A stretch of 57,988 nucleotides of DNA from an uncultured Nitrospiraceae bacterium (GTDB taxonomy: Bacteria; Nitrospirota; Nitrospiria; Nitrospirales; UBA8639). The translations under genes were made by a program, and so were the position numbers. Under the pieces are notes generated by a model. The model did no database searches and was not told where the DNA came from. It worked only from the letters and a program-made list of their open reading frames with translations. The stretch lies in assembly GCA_964555115.1 (NCBI GenBank), contig CAZKRH010000172.1, positions 1 through 57,988 of the forward strand. The letters are read 5' to 3'. This document shows, in pieces, positions 37,799-47,607 of the stretch; position 1 is the first letter of the stretch; every line of letters starts with the position of its first letter.

Positions 37799-38566
37799 AT
37801 GTCAAGCTCTCCCAGCCCCTCCCAATCCAAAGAAACCACTCTCGACCATGACATTGATCGAGTCAGAACTCAATTAAGTAACCTCAGGGACTTTATTATG
37901 GGAAACCCCCATGATGGCTCTATTGAGGAATTTGACCTGACAACGGAGGAACTCATTTCCGAGGTGTTTGGAAGTGCTTCCCCAATGCTTGATGCCTATC
38001 ATTATGCTCAATTCGGAGAAGCTGGGGGATTGGTGAATTTAACGGAGGAAGCTCCAGAAAGTGCTAATCTTGATCACAACCGTCAAAGTCTCAGGCAACG
38101 CCAAAGAGTCCTTGAAAGTTGCGTGGGTGATTTGGAAGCCAGGCGGGCGGATGCCGCCAAAAAACATTCCCCCAAAGCCAAAGGTGGCCCGCGAGTAATA
38201 GAGTATATGTCCACGAAAATTCAGGCTATTTCGTTTGATGCCACACTCCAGGAAGCCGGCAAACGTCTCTACCAACAAAAAATTGGATCCCTATTGGTTA
38301 AAAATGGGGACGATTTTATTGGCAGTATCACGGAAACCGAATTGACCCGCGAAGTGATCGCACAGGGCCTTGATGCTCACACCACCACCGTGACCACTTG
38401 CATGCGCGAACCTCTTCTTACCATTGAATCGAGTGATCTCATTGTCGATGTGGTCCAAGTAATGAAAGAAAAGGCAACCAGGCACGTGGCGGTGACAGAA
38501 AGTGGTAAAATAATTGGGGTTATTTCAGTATCAGATGTTCTACGGTATTATTCCGGGATCAAATAA
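37799..38566 (+). CDS. CBS-pair domain protein with a unique N-terminal region
   Basis: ATG at 37799 is preceded by GAAGGAG. The C-terminus has tandem CBS motifs (VIEYMSTKIQAISFDATLQEAGKRL...GSLLV ... HVAVTESGKIIGVISVSDVL). Confidence 0.7.
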   Translation: MSSSPSPSQSKETTLDHDIDRVRTQLSNLRDFIMGNPHDGSIEEFDLTTEELISEVFGSASPMLDAYHYAQFGEAGGLVNLTEEAPESANLDHNRQSLRQRQRVLESCVGDLEARRADAAKKHSPKAKGGPRVIEYMSTKIQAISFDATLQEAGKRLYQQKIGSLLVKNGDDFIGSITETELTREVIAQGLDAHTTTVTTCMREPLLTIESSDLIVDVVQVMKEKATRHVAVTESGKIIGVISVSDVLRYYSGIK

Positions 38567-38930
38567 ATTGGTGAAATACTGGGGTATCCCTTTCCCAAAG
38601 CCATGACATCCTTTTCTTGTTCTTGATTCTCAAGGTTTTCCTCATTTTTCCTAGGTGAATTCCCTATTCCCTTTTAGGAGGTAGGATCCCCCAAATTGGC
38701 ATATTCCCCGCCCCCTCTTTGATTTCCCCGAAGGTGACGACTACCCTCAATTAAACATTTTTTTTATTTCTCAGGACAAATCCCTCAACGGATTATGGGA
38801 AATAAAAAAATTAGGCCTTCCCGGTAGAACTCACCCTTAAGATCTTCCATGAATACAACCGAAAGGACACTATACGGGCACAGTGTCATAAATTGTGCCA
38901 TTTTGACTCTATAAAATTTGGTGCGTAGTT

Positions 38931-39812
38931 ATGCGTAGTTATATGTCCACTGAAGCCATCGTAGATCAAGACCTTGAACCCAAAGAACAAATTCGAGGCG
39001 ATTTACAGGAACGCATTGAGTCAGATTCTCTTGATCTCCCTCTTCTTCCCCAAGTCGCCAATCAGGTTATGACCCTGAGCCAAGACCCAGATGCTGATGC
39101 GGCCAAATTATCTTCACTGATCCATCAAGACCAAGCACTTGCTGGACAAATTTTGCGAATCGCGAACTCTCCTGCTTATATGCCTCGTTCGACCATCGTG
39201 TCTCTTCAACAAGCGGTCTCCTGGCTAGGCATGAAAATGCTTGCGGATCTGGCATTAATGGTTTCCTTTCAAAATGGAGTGTTTCGCGTTGAAGGCTATG
39301 ATCCAGAGATTAAAGTCATGTGGAAGCATGCGTTAGCCACCGCCCTCTATGGAAAAGAAATTGCTCGAATGAAAAGACACAACGTTGAAAACGCGTTTTT
39401 ATGTGGGTTGCTTCATACCATGGGAAAACCTGTTGTTCTTCATACGGTCGTTGACATTCAGAAAAAATATGGCGTGACCCTTTCCTGGGACATCATGAAC
39501 ACCTTCCTGACTGACTTACATGTTCAAGTGGGAGTCAAACTCGCCACCTCGTGGGAATTACCCGCTCAAGTCATCGAATCCATTATGTACTATGCCAATT
39601 ATTCACAAGCTCCTTCCACGAACAAAACAGCCATGGCTACCTGTTTAGCCGATTATTTAGCTTCGTCCCTCCTTGGTCAAACTGCGCAAGACGAAGAAGT
39701 TCTTCGCTCCCTCCCAGTCATTCAGGACCTCAACCTGTATCCTGAGGATGTGACGGCCCTCCTAGAACAAGGCCCGACTATACTACAAACGGTTGACTCC
39801 ATGGCTGTATGA
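38931..39812 (+). CDS. HDOD-domain signalling protein
   Basis: It contains 'LPLLPQVANQVMTLSQDPDADAAKLSSLIHQDQALAGQILRIANSPAY' and 'CGLLHTMGKPVV'. Confidence 0.8.
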   Translation: MRSYMSTEAIVDQDLEPKEQIRGDLQERIESDSLDLPLLPQVANQVMTLSQDPDADAAKLSSLIHQDQALAGQILRIANSPAYMPRSTIVSLQQAVSWLGMKMLADLALMVSFQNGVFRVEGYDPEIKVMWKHALATALYGKEIARMKRHNVENAFLCGLLHTMGKPVVLHTVVDIQKKYGVTLSWDIMNTFLTDLHVQVGVKLATSWELPAQVIESIMYYANYSQAPSTNKTAMATCLADYLASSLLGQTAQDEEVLRSLPVIQDLNLYPEDVTALLEQGPTILQTVDSMAV

Positions 39813-41203
39813 ACACTACGCAACATTTCGACATCATTGTTATTGGCAGTGGTCCGGCTGGCCAAAAAGCCGCCATCCAAGGAGCCAAAGCCGGCAAACA
39901 CGTGGCCCTTATTGAACGGGAACGTGCCGTCGGAGGTGCCTGCGTCCATCAGGGAACCATCCCCAGTAAAACTCTTCGCGAAAGTGCTCTCAACATGATG
40001 CGATTTAAAAGCACCATGAATGTGATTGACTTCAAACTGCGGGATGACCTGAAAGTGGAAAGCCTGACCCAACGCTTAGACCAGGTTATTACAGCCCATT
40101 CCGCGTTTATAGAAGACCAATTAAACCGAAACGGCATTACTCGATTTTACGGCCGGGGAAAATTCCTTTCTGCTCTAGATCTTCAGGTGTCGTCTCCCCG
40201 TGGTGAGACCCACACACTCACTGGAGATCTGATCATCATTGCCACGGGGTCCCGCCCTCGGACTCCAGAAAATATTCCGGTGGATCATGAGCATATCCTC
40301 GATGCCGACTCGATTCTCTCTTTACTCTATTTACCCAAATCATTAACTGTATTGGGAGGAGGTGTGATCTCCTGTGAATACGCCTCCATTTTTGGGTTGT
40401 TGGGAGTGCAGGTTACCATCATTGATTCGGGAGATCGCCCCGTCCGTTTTTTGGATCCTGAAATAACTGAAGGATTTACTCAGGCTTTTTCGGACGATGG
40501 AGGACATTATCGCGGTAATGAAAAAATATCTGAAGTACGGTGGGACGGTCTTTCTAAAGTGTTGACCACCTTAGAGACTGGAGAAGTGCTTGAGAGCGAA
40601 AAACTCTTGGTGGCCCTAGGCCGAGTGGCGAATATCGAAGGGTTACAACTGGACGCCGTGGGGTTAGCGCCTACACCTAGAGGGCTCATCCCCGTCAACG
40701 AACATTGTCAAACTTCGGTCCCTCATATTTACGCAGTTGGGGATGTCATCGGTCCTCCGTCTCTGGCCTCTTGTTCCATGGAGCAAGGGCGCCGAGCTGT
40801 CTGTCATGCCTTAAGCCTCGATCCAGGTTGTTCTCCAGATTGTATTCCCATGGGCATTTACACCGTTCCGGAAATGGCGAGCGTGGGACTGACCGAAGAA
40901 GAAACGAGGGAGAAATTTGGAGGAGCCATGGTGGGGCGAGCACGATTTAGTGAAATTGCCCGTGGACAAATTTCCGGCATGACCAATGGTCTGCTTAAAA
41001 TGGTGGCTGACCCTCAGGGAGAAAAACTTCTGGGGATCCATATTGTTGGAGAGGGAGCTACTGAATTAATCCATATCGGACAAATGGGCCTCCTCAACCA
41101 CATTGACGTAAACCTCTTTGTCGAAAATATTTTTAACTTCCCCACCCTGGCCGAAGCTTACCGAGTCGCGGCTCTCGACATCGCCAAACAACGCCCTCAC
41201 TAA
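39809..41203 (+). CDS. sthA: soluble pyridine nucleotide transhydrogenase (Si-specific)
   Basis: The FAD fold GSGPAG is present. The site 'GGACVHQGTIPSK' has a single Cys instead of the CxxxxC disulfide of Lpd. A C-terminal dimerisation domain is present. The gene overlaps the HDOD gene by 4 nt. Confidence 0.8.
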   Translation: MNTTQHFDIIVIGSGPAGQKAAIQGAKAGKHVALIERERAVGGACVHQGTIPSKTLRESALNMMRFKSTMNVIDFKLRDDLKVESLTQRLDQVITAHSAFIEDQLNRNGITRFYGRGKFLSALDLQVSSPRGETHTLTGDLIIIATGSRPRTPENIPVDHEHILDADSILSLLYLPKSLTVLGGGVISCEYASIFGLLGVQVTIIDSGDRPVRFLDPEITEGFTQAFSDDGGHYRGNEKISEVRWDGLSKVLTTLETGEVLESEKLLVALGRVANIEGLQLDAVGLAPTPRGLIPVNEHCQTSVPHIYAVGDVIGPPSLASCSMEQGRRAVCHALSLDPGCSPDCIPMGIYTVPEMASVGLTEEETREKFGGAMVGRARFSEIARGQISGMTNGLLKMVADPQGEKLLGIHIVGEGATELIHIGQMGLLNHIDVNLFVENIFNFPTLAEAYRVAALDIAKQRPH

Positions 41204-42799
41204 TTACCCGTCACCCTTATTCCTCACGTAAGCTTCTTTCCCGATTCGACTGACAACCTTTTCCGCATAATCTTCTTCCATCGAATCCACCTCTATAGTA
41301 TGAGCTCGCTCTTCAGGACGTAACGCCTCAGCCATGACCAATTGTTCTTCCAGAACTTTAAGAGAAGCCTCCGAAACACTTACTGGCTTCTGGAGGCGTT
41401 GGCCAATCCGACGCCTCAATTCATCTGGGGGCGCCTGTATATCCAGAAGTACCATAGGGACCTGACACCAGTTAGCTAATTGGGAAAATGCCTGGCGGTC
41501 CTTATACCTCAGAAAGGTGGCATCCACCACAACGGAGTACCCACTCTTGAGTAAATCCTTTGTAAGTTCTTTCAATTTTTCATAGGTCCTGTCGGTCATT
41601 GCGGAACTATACACTGAAGACGATTGTTCCATTGGAGTCTTGGCCTCTGAATGAAATCCCAGCAATCGCTTCCGCTCCACATCTGAACGTACTCGAATGA
41701 CATCTATCTTTTTGAGTAAAAAATCAGAAACTGTCGATTTTCCAGACCCTGACAGGCCATGCATGATACACAAAAACGGTTTGGGTGGATGGGTGAGTTG
41801 AGTAGCGACACGAAGGTATCGAACACATTCCCTCTCAAATGACGCTTGGCCCGCCTCTTTTTCATGGGTTGCCTGACATGACAGCGCTGCCACTTTTGCT
41901 CTCACCAAGGCACGATACACCTTATAGAACCTCACGACCGTGAGTCCTGCATAATCACCCGTCTTTTCTAAATACCGATTTAAAAACGGTGATGCCAGAT
42001 CTGGATGATGGGCTACCTCTAAATCCATCACGAAGAAGGCAACTTCACTCAACACATCAATCCATCGCAACGTAGGATTAAATTCAAGACAATCAAACGC
42101 CATGACATGATCCTTCCACAGAATCACATTCGCCAAATGAAGATCCCCATGACACTCCCGAATGAACCCATCTTGTTTGCGGTGGATAAATGTTGATCGT
42201 CGAGCTTCCCATTCCGTCTGCATCCATTCTCCAAGATGGTTCAGGATTGTTTGGTCAATTGATTGAGGAAAAATACGCGCTACATCATCCAGACATTCTT
42301 GAACAGGATTCCTGAGTACCTCAGGAGTTCCATACAACGTTTCATGTCCCGCCACCTCACTGTCTGAGTGAAAGGAAGCAAGATCCTCAGCAAATTGTAA
42401 TATATGACGCTCCTGCACCCCTCCTTTAGTTAGAAGTTCATCCAATCTCTTTTCTTGGGTAAATTGTTGCATTTGAACAGCATATTCAATGGGCAATCCT
42501 TGTGATTCAAATGTTGGATTCAATGAAGATCCAAAGATCGGGAGGACCTTGTTGTATAATTGCGGAGCCAATCGCTTATTCAGTCGCATTTCCTCCTCAC
42601 AAAAGAATTTTCGCTTACCCAAGGTCGTAAAGTTGACAAATCCGAAATCGACAGACTTTTTTATTTTATAGGCGAAGGGGCCCGTTAAGAGAACCCAGGA
42701 AATATGGGTTTCGATAACCTGAAACTTGGTAATGGAGTGGGGATAGAGAGAAGGATCCTGAAGAGCTTGAATGAGGTGGGCTTGTTCGCTGTGTTCCAT
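41204..42799 (-). CDS. bifunctional aminoglycoside-phosphotransferase-like kinase / P-loop (AAA_33) ATP-binding protein
   Basis: The N-terminal APH-like domain has 'HGDLHLANV...DCLEF'. The C-terminal domain has the P-loop 'GLSGSGKST'. Confidence 0.75.
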   Translation of the reverse strand: MEHSEQAHLIQALQDPSLYPHSITKFQVIETHISWVLLTGPFAYKIKKSVDFGFVNFTTLGKRKFFCEEEMRLNKRLAPQLYNKVLPIFGSSLNPTFESQGLPIEYAVQMQQFTQEKRLDELLTKGGVQERHILQFAEDLASFHSDSEVAGHETLYGTPEVLRNPVQECLDDVARIFPQSIDQTILNHLGEWMQTEWEARRSTFIHRKQDGFIRECHGDLHLANVILWKDHVMAFDCLEFNPTLRWIDVLSEVAFFVMDLEVAHHPDLASPFLNRYLEKTGDYAGLTVVRFYKVYRALVRAKVAALSCQATHEKEAGQASFERECVRYLRVATQLTHPPKPFLCIMHGLSGSGKSTVSDFLLKKIDVIRVRSDVERKRLLGFHSEAKTPMEQSSSVYSSAMTDRTYEKLKELTKDLLKSGYSVVVDATFLRYKDRQAFSQLANWCQVPMVLLDIQAPPDELRRRIGQRLQKPVSVSEASLKVLEEQLVMAEALRPEERAHTIEVDSMEEDYAEKVVSRIGKEAYVRNKGDG

Positions 42800-43149
42800 A
42801 AATTATCATAAGGATTCTTTATTGATTTGTGAACTATTGGGTGACCGTCCCGATCAACCGTTTTTTAAGGGCCTTCCCATACGCCTTGATATTCCTTCAA
42901 CAGAACTCATGAGCAAAGATCGACCATGCTATTTTTCCATCCAACGGCTTAAGACACATTGTCTATAACAAAGACAACCTGCCAAAATTATTGACAACAA
43001 ATGGCCCTCTCCCCAAATTATCTTTCACATTTAATCTGTATTTTCCAAGCAGGCCAAAGCGTAAAAAGGTATTGTTTTAAAGGCTTTTGTTAGGGCGAAC
43101 CCTAAAGACTGGTCAAATATGTATAATATGAAAGAAATATTTAAAAACT

Positions 43150-43166
43150 TGGTATTGGGCTTGCAT
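43150..43166 (+). promoter_or_regulatory. candidate sigma-54 (-24/-12) promoter TGGTATTGGGCTTGCAT
   Basis: The GG (43151-52) and GC (43163-64) are 12 nt apart, and TGG.A......TTGCA matches the consensus. It lies 30 nt upstream of the ATG at 43196, with AGGTGA as the RBS. Confidence 0.35.
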
Positions 43167-43195
43167 CCTACATATTTAATGAAACAGCAGGTGAC

Positions 43196-43921
43196 ATGCC
43201 AGGAACTAAGAGAATGACCAATCTTTTTCCCCTTAGACTATTCCTTTCCCGCCCCTTTCGGATGTGCATATTCAGTGCAATCATTAGTGGAATGCTTTTC
43301 CCCAGTTTGTCGTTCGGCGCAGCGCCCGCCTACCCCCTGAAACGATTAAGTCAGCTTTCCGTTCCCATTCTCGGGCTCACATTGAACGAGGATAATCAGG
43401 TGAGTGGCATTGTCACGCATGTCATGATAATTTTTTATGAAAGGCAAGACCATTACGGATTGAATATTCGATTCGGCGCCTTACCAGGACGGTTCTCTCC
43501 TTTAGCGCAAGAAGCGGTTCATCAGGCCATTCTTCGTGCGGCAAAAGCGGCTCAGTTGGACTCAAAATCATGGACGGTCTTTCTGACTTTTCCCTATCGG
43601 GGATTGACGATGTATGGAGATAGTCTGTCCGCGATGATTGGGCTGAGCGTTTTGGCACTAGCCAAAGGAGAATCCATTATTTATGGACGTTCTCTCACAG
43701 GAACCATCACGGAAGAGGGGAACATTGGTCGGGTAGGGGGTATTCCCCAGAAAATATTAGCTGCTCATTCCAAACAATTGGAAAGGGTTCTTATTCCCGA
43801 AGAATATGATATCGGAGATGGAGACTGGGAAACCCCTTTCTTAATGCATATTTCTCCCGTGGGGACCGTGAGTCAAGCGTATTTTGCCCTCACAGGACAG
43901 GCCCTTTTTTCTTCAGGGTAA
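43196..43921 (+). CDS. secreted stand-alone Lon-protease-like (S16) proteolytic domain protein
   Basis: It has a signal peptide. The Lon_C pattern is present, with Ser in 'YGDSLSAMIGLSVLAL' and Lys in 'RVGGIPQKILAAH', followed by 'RVLIPEE'. Confidence 0.65.
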   Translation: MPGTKRMTNLFPLRLFLSRPFRMCIFSAIISGMLFPSLSFGAAPAYPLKRLSQLSVPILGLTLNEDNQVSGIVTHVMIIFYERQDHYGLNIRFGALPGRFSPLAQEAVHQAILRAAKAAQLDSKSWTVFLTFPYRGLTMYGDSLSAMIGLSVLALAKGESIIYGRSLTGTITEEGNIGRVGGIPQKILAAHSKQLERVLIPEEYDIGDGDWETPFLMHISPVGTVSQAYFALTGQALFSSG

Positions 43922-44271
43922 ATTCACACGCTTGAAGTCAGTATGATATTTTTGGAGTGTTCTTACCTTTCCTTTTTCTCTCTTTGCTTATCCACCACAC
44001 CTATTCCCTCATAATTAAAGAGTTTTCCACATACAGAATAGAGTAAAAGGTTCATAATATTGAAGGTCATTCAATACAGATAATTTAACCTAGAAACGGC
44101 AGTTGGGCGCAAAACAGTCATGTAAGATATTGGGGTGCATGATGAAATAAAAAATTCGTAGACACCTCGTTGGTGATGAGACATTTTTTAATTGTGCCAG
44201 GAGCTTGCGCGGACTTTTGTGATCCAACTGCTGTTACTAGGTTTATGGACCCATCATAAATTTTTCACCTC

Positions 44272-44958
44272 ATGCAAGATTCCAATCCCAAATTGACGAG
44301 GCCCTTGTTCCCGGAACATGAACAGCTTAGGGTGGCTCGTGCTCATATGGTCAACCAACAAATCGTGGCCAGGAGCATTACAGATTCTTTGGTCATCCGA
44401 GCCATGCAGGAAATCCCGCGTCATTATTTTGTCCAGGAAAGTGACATCCCTTCTGCCTACGAAGACCATCCACTCTCAATTGGTTTGAATCAAACCATCT
44501 CTCAGCCTTTTATTGTTGCCTTTATGACCGAATGCCTTCGCCTCCAAGGAACAGAAAAGGTTCTTGAAATCGGAACGGGTTCTGGATACCAAACGGCTAT
44601 TTTGTCCAGCATAGTCTCCACCGTGTTTTCAATAGAAATTCATGAACCCTTGCAGTCCCAAGCCAGGCAAACCCTGAACAGATTGGGTATCAATAATGTC
44701 TTCTTTCGGCAGGGAGATGGACATCACGGTTGGCCCGAAGAAGCACCCTTTGATTCCATCATCGTTACGGCTGCCCCTGAAGATATTCCTCAACCGCTTC
44801 TCCATCAGCTTGGTAAAGGAGGTCGCCTTATCACCCCGCTGGGGAAAGACACTCAACGTTTGGTATTGATAGAACATACCGCTCAAGGTTTTACCCACAA
44901 TGAACTGTTACCAGTTGCTTTCGTCCCAATGACCAAAGGAAAGGGGCTGTTTCCCTAA
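44272..44958 (+). CDS. pcm: protein-L-isoaspartate O-methyltransferase
   Basis: It contains 'ISQPFIVAFMTE', 'VLEIGTGSGYQTAIL' and 'PFDSIIVTAA'. Confidence 0.9.
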   Translation: MQDSNPKLTRPLFPEHEQLRVARAHMVNQQIVARSITDSLVIRAMQEIPRHYFVQESDIPSAYEDHPLSIGLNQTISQPFIVAFMTECLRLQGTEKVLEIGTGSGYQTAILSSIVSTVFSIEIHEPLQSQARQTLNRLGINNVFFRQGDGHHGWPEEAPFDSIIVTAAPEDIPQPLLHQLGKGGRLITPLGKDTQRLVLIEHTAQGFTHNELLPVAFVPMTKGKGLFP

Positions 44959-45029
44959 ATGTGTCGCTCCCCCCTTAACTCCAGACCTTTCTCTACATCT
45001 TAACGAACAGGCATTTCGAGGAGAAAACC

Positions 45030-45557
45030 ATGAGAACACCCCATCTCGTCCACCAACTGAAACTGCAGAAATTTGGATGGCTTCTAACAATTGGGATGCT
45101 CCTACATCCACCCAGTATGGTATTGGCCGTGGATCTCGTTTCTCAAACCTCTCTTCCACTCTCTCTGGCACAACAAGCTGCAACTGCAGCTCTGGACAAA
45201 TGCCAAGAAGGAAACTACTGGGTCAGTGTCGCCGTGGTTGACCAAAGTGGAAATCTCCAAGTTCTCCTTCGCATGAATAATGCGGGACCCCACACCATCG
45301 ACAGTAGTTCTCATAAGGCCTATACCGCTGCGAGCTTGCGACGCTCGACCAATCATTTGGCAGAACTCGTTTCCCAAAAACCTTCTCTGGCTGCCTTACG
45401 AGATATGAATGAAAAAATATTAATTCTTGGTGGGGGGCTCCCTATTAAGGTGAATGGGAAAATTGTGGGGGGAATTGGAGTGGGTGGTGCTCCCGGAGCT
45501 CACCTGGATGAAGCCTGCGCCCAGGCAGGGCTCACGGCAATTAACGCTGATAAGTAA
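45030..45557 (+). CDS. GlcG/HbpS-like heme-binding (DUF336) protein, secreted
   Basis: A signal peptide is followed by 'VAVVDQSGNL', 'SSHKAYTAAS' and 'GGLPIKVNGKIVGGIGVGGAPGAHLDEACAQAG'. Confidence 0.8.
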   Translation: MRTPHLVHQLKLQKFGWLLTIGMLLHPPSMVLAVDLVSQTSLPLSLAQQAATAALDKCQEGNYWVSVAVVDQSGNLQVLLRMNNAGPHTIDSSSHKAYTAASLRRSTNHLAELVSQKPSLAALRDMNEKILILGGGLPIKVNGKIVGGIGVGGAPGAHLDEACAQAGLTAINADK

Positions 45558-45609
45558 ATTGATTTTCTGTCATCAATAACAGGTAAATACCAATTGGCTC
45601 ACCACTTTT

Positions 45610-46002
45610 TTACGCAACACAAGATTGTGCCACTTTCTTTCGAACAAGAGCTTGAGGGATGACCGTCAAGAGTGTATCTAAATCATACGGTTTAGCTAAA
45701 ATGTCTACCGCACCTGATTGAAGAGCCTGGACTCGAACATGGTCTGTGGCATGACCCGTCATCATGATCACCGGAATGTTCATCGGACTTTTTAGAGAAG
45801 AAATTTTTTCCATAAATTGGAAACCATTGATAAGTGGCATTTCATAGTCCAAGAGGACAAGGTCATAGGGCATTTCCTGAACCTTGGACAAGGCCTGCAA
45901 CCCATTCTCTGCTTCTTCACAAATATACCCTTGCGATTCTAAAATAATCCGCAGAATTTCTCGGGTATCAGGGTAATCTTCAACAATCAAAACACGGGCC
46001 AT
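45610..46002 (-). CDS. single-domain response regulator (CheY-like)
   Basis: The receiver motifs VLIVEDY, DLVLLDYEMP and the K in LAKP are present. It shares 'LESQGY.C.EAENG..AL' with 30759..31139. Confidence 0.85.
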   Translation of the reverse strand: MARVLIVEDYPDTREILRIILESQGYICEEAENGLQALSKVQEMPYDLVLLDYEMPLINGFQFMEKISSLKSPMNIPVIMMTGHATDHVRVQALQSGAVDILAKPYDLDTLLTVIPQALVRKKVAQSCVA

Positions 46003-46224
46003 AAAGAGGCACTCCTTTTATTCATTCAGGGTTGGGGAAATTTTCTATGGAGCGGTTGGCTTTTTGTCAAAAAAGAGAAAGTCTAGTTCACCTGCAGTTC
46101 TTCTCCGGGCATTAATTTTCTATGAGCCCAACCCAGCCATACCATTTCTGGTGAAGGTGGGAAATGATTAAAGTTCTATCTGAAGCCGTAGCCTCTGATT
46201 AACACACAATGTTTTCTCCTAAGT

Positions 46225-46413
46225 TCATTGTTCGGAGGATATTGGAGTGCTGGTGGCACAATCCTTTTGTTTTTTTCTCCACCGAAAATAAGTATGTTCA
46301 CTGATACCCAATTTTTGACAGATTCTCGGGATTGTGAGGCCCCTTGCCCGCTCAAGATCTGCTCGATGTAATTTAATTGTGATCTCTCGAGGAGAGTGGC
46401 GTTTCTTGTTCAT
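46225..46413 (-). pseudogene. IS3-family transposase OrfA N-terminal remnant
   Basis: 'KRHSPREITIKLHRADLERARGLTIPRICQKLGISEHTYFRWRKK' matches the HTH of IS3-family OrfA proteins. There is no OrfB and no terminal repeats nearby. Confidence 0.6.
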
Positions 46414-46802
46414 TCTTCACGATTTGGCAATAGTTCATGTGTTCCTTTGGTCTTACTCCTTTGTCGGCATTTTCTTCTATTCCCTTGTCAGCATTCCTTG
46501 GTAGGGAAAAATTCTACAGAAACATCAATATTCTTAGACCATTCAATAAATCAAAAACACTCTGTGACGTGTTCATACATCTGAACTTTTTGCTCCTCAC
46601 CCGGCTAAGATAGTTCATCGGTCTCCTCCAAAGTGGATGGTTCCACTTTCCCACCCAATTACGATACTATGTGAGGAATACAGGAAAATAATGGTAGTGG
46701 GATTTACTTTGTGAGGTCCTGCAGGTAAAACATTTGATCCATTTCGACAGAAAATCATGGGTAGGAAACACCTATGTTCGTTTGAGGGGAAAGGGGTAAG
46801 GC

Positions 46803-47210
46803 ATGAGAGGGAATTTCTGGATTTTCCTGTCTTTGCTCATCCTTCTCGGCCTTGGCCAAGAAGGCTGTGACGGAACATCAACACCCACCACGAACGGGGA
46901 AAATCAGGTAGCCCTTGGGAGGGGAATAGTACTTGGAACCCTGGGAGCACAGCACAGTAATCTCGAACCTCCACCGGGAACATCTAAAATCATTGGGCAA
47001 GTTCAAGAGATTGAGGGTGGAGCCTACATTATAAAAAATCTACATGATTCCCCACAACGACTTCCAATTGATCAAAATACCTCCATTGATCGACCTGCTC
47101 ATATTGGAGATTGGTTGGAAGCCTATGTTGACAGCTCTGGAAGAGCCAAGAGAATTCGGAATATAGATGACGAGATTATAGAGGCTTCGACAGATAGCGA
47201 AGAGCCTTAG
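46803..47210 (+). CDS. hypothetical secreted protein / lipoprotein
   Basis: It has a signal peptide with Cys (LGLGQEGC), and GGGGAAAGGGG lies upstream. Confidence 0.5.
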   Translation: MRGNFWIFLSLLILLGLGQEGCDGTSTPTTNGENQVALGRGIVLGTLGAQHSNLEPPPGTSKIIGQVQEIEGGAYIIKNLHDSPQRLPIDQNTSIDRPAHIGDWLEAYVDSSGRAKRIRNIDDEIIEASTDSEEP

Positions 47211-47423
47211 GCTGTGGAAATTTTACCCTGACCCAAAAACCTTGATACTGATCAATGACCTCAGGACTGCAAAAGACGATATCAGTCCTTACTGATGATA
47301 TGATGTTTTTGACTACAGGACCTAGAACACAGATGTAAGGATCCTATTAGGACCCGTTGAATAATTAAAAATTCCCTCGGTAGCAGGTTGGTCCTGATAG
47401 ACACCCTCAAACACTAGAAGAAA

Positions 47424-47590
47424 CAGGGACTGTTCAAAAAGGCTGCTTTCTCACCCGCCCAACCCCGGTGTGCCAAAACACACCTTTCCACGGGCAAGGC
47501 CGCAAGCAGCAAGAAGGGCGGGGCGTACACAGGGATACGTTGAGCCCTTCGAGCAATGAGAACGCAGCTGTCGGCTTTTTTCAACAGTCC
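47424..47590 (+). mobile_element. MITE family 2 variant (same termini, different GC-rich interior)
   Basis: The termini are CAGGGACTGTTCAAAAAGGCTGC and GTCGGCTTTTTTCAACAGTCCCT. The interior (CACCCGCCC ... GGGCGGGGCG) is unrelated to the other copies. Confidence 0.7.
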
Positions 47591-47607
47591 CTTTGTTGGA
47601 GAGACCT

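Noticed and set aside
45166-45182. TGGCACAACAAGCTGCA considered as a sigma-54 promoter
   Set aside because: The GG-GC spacing is 10 or 13 nt rather than 12, and the site lies inside the GlcG-like coding sequence.
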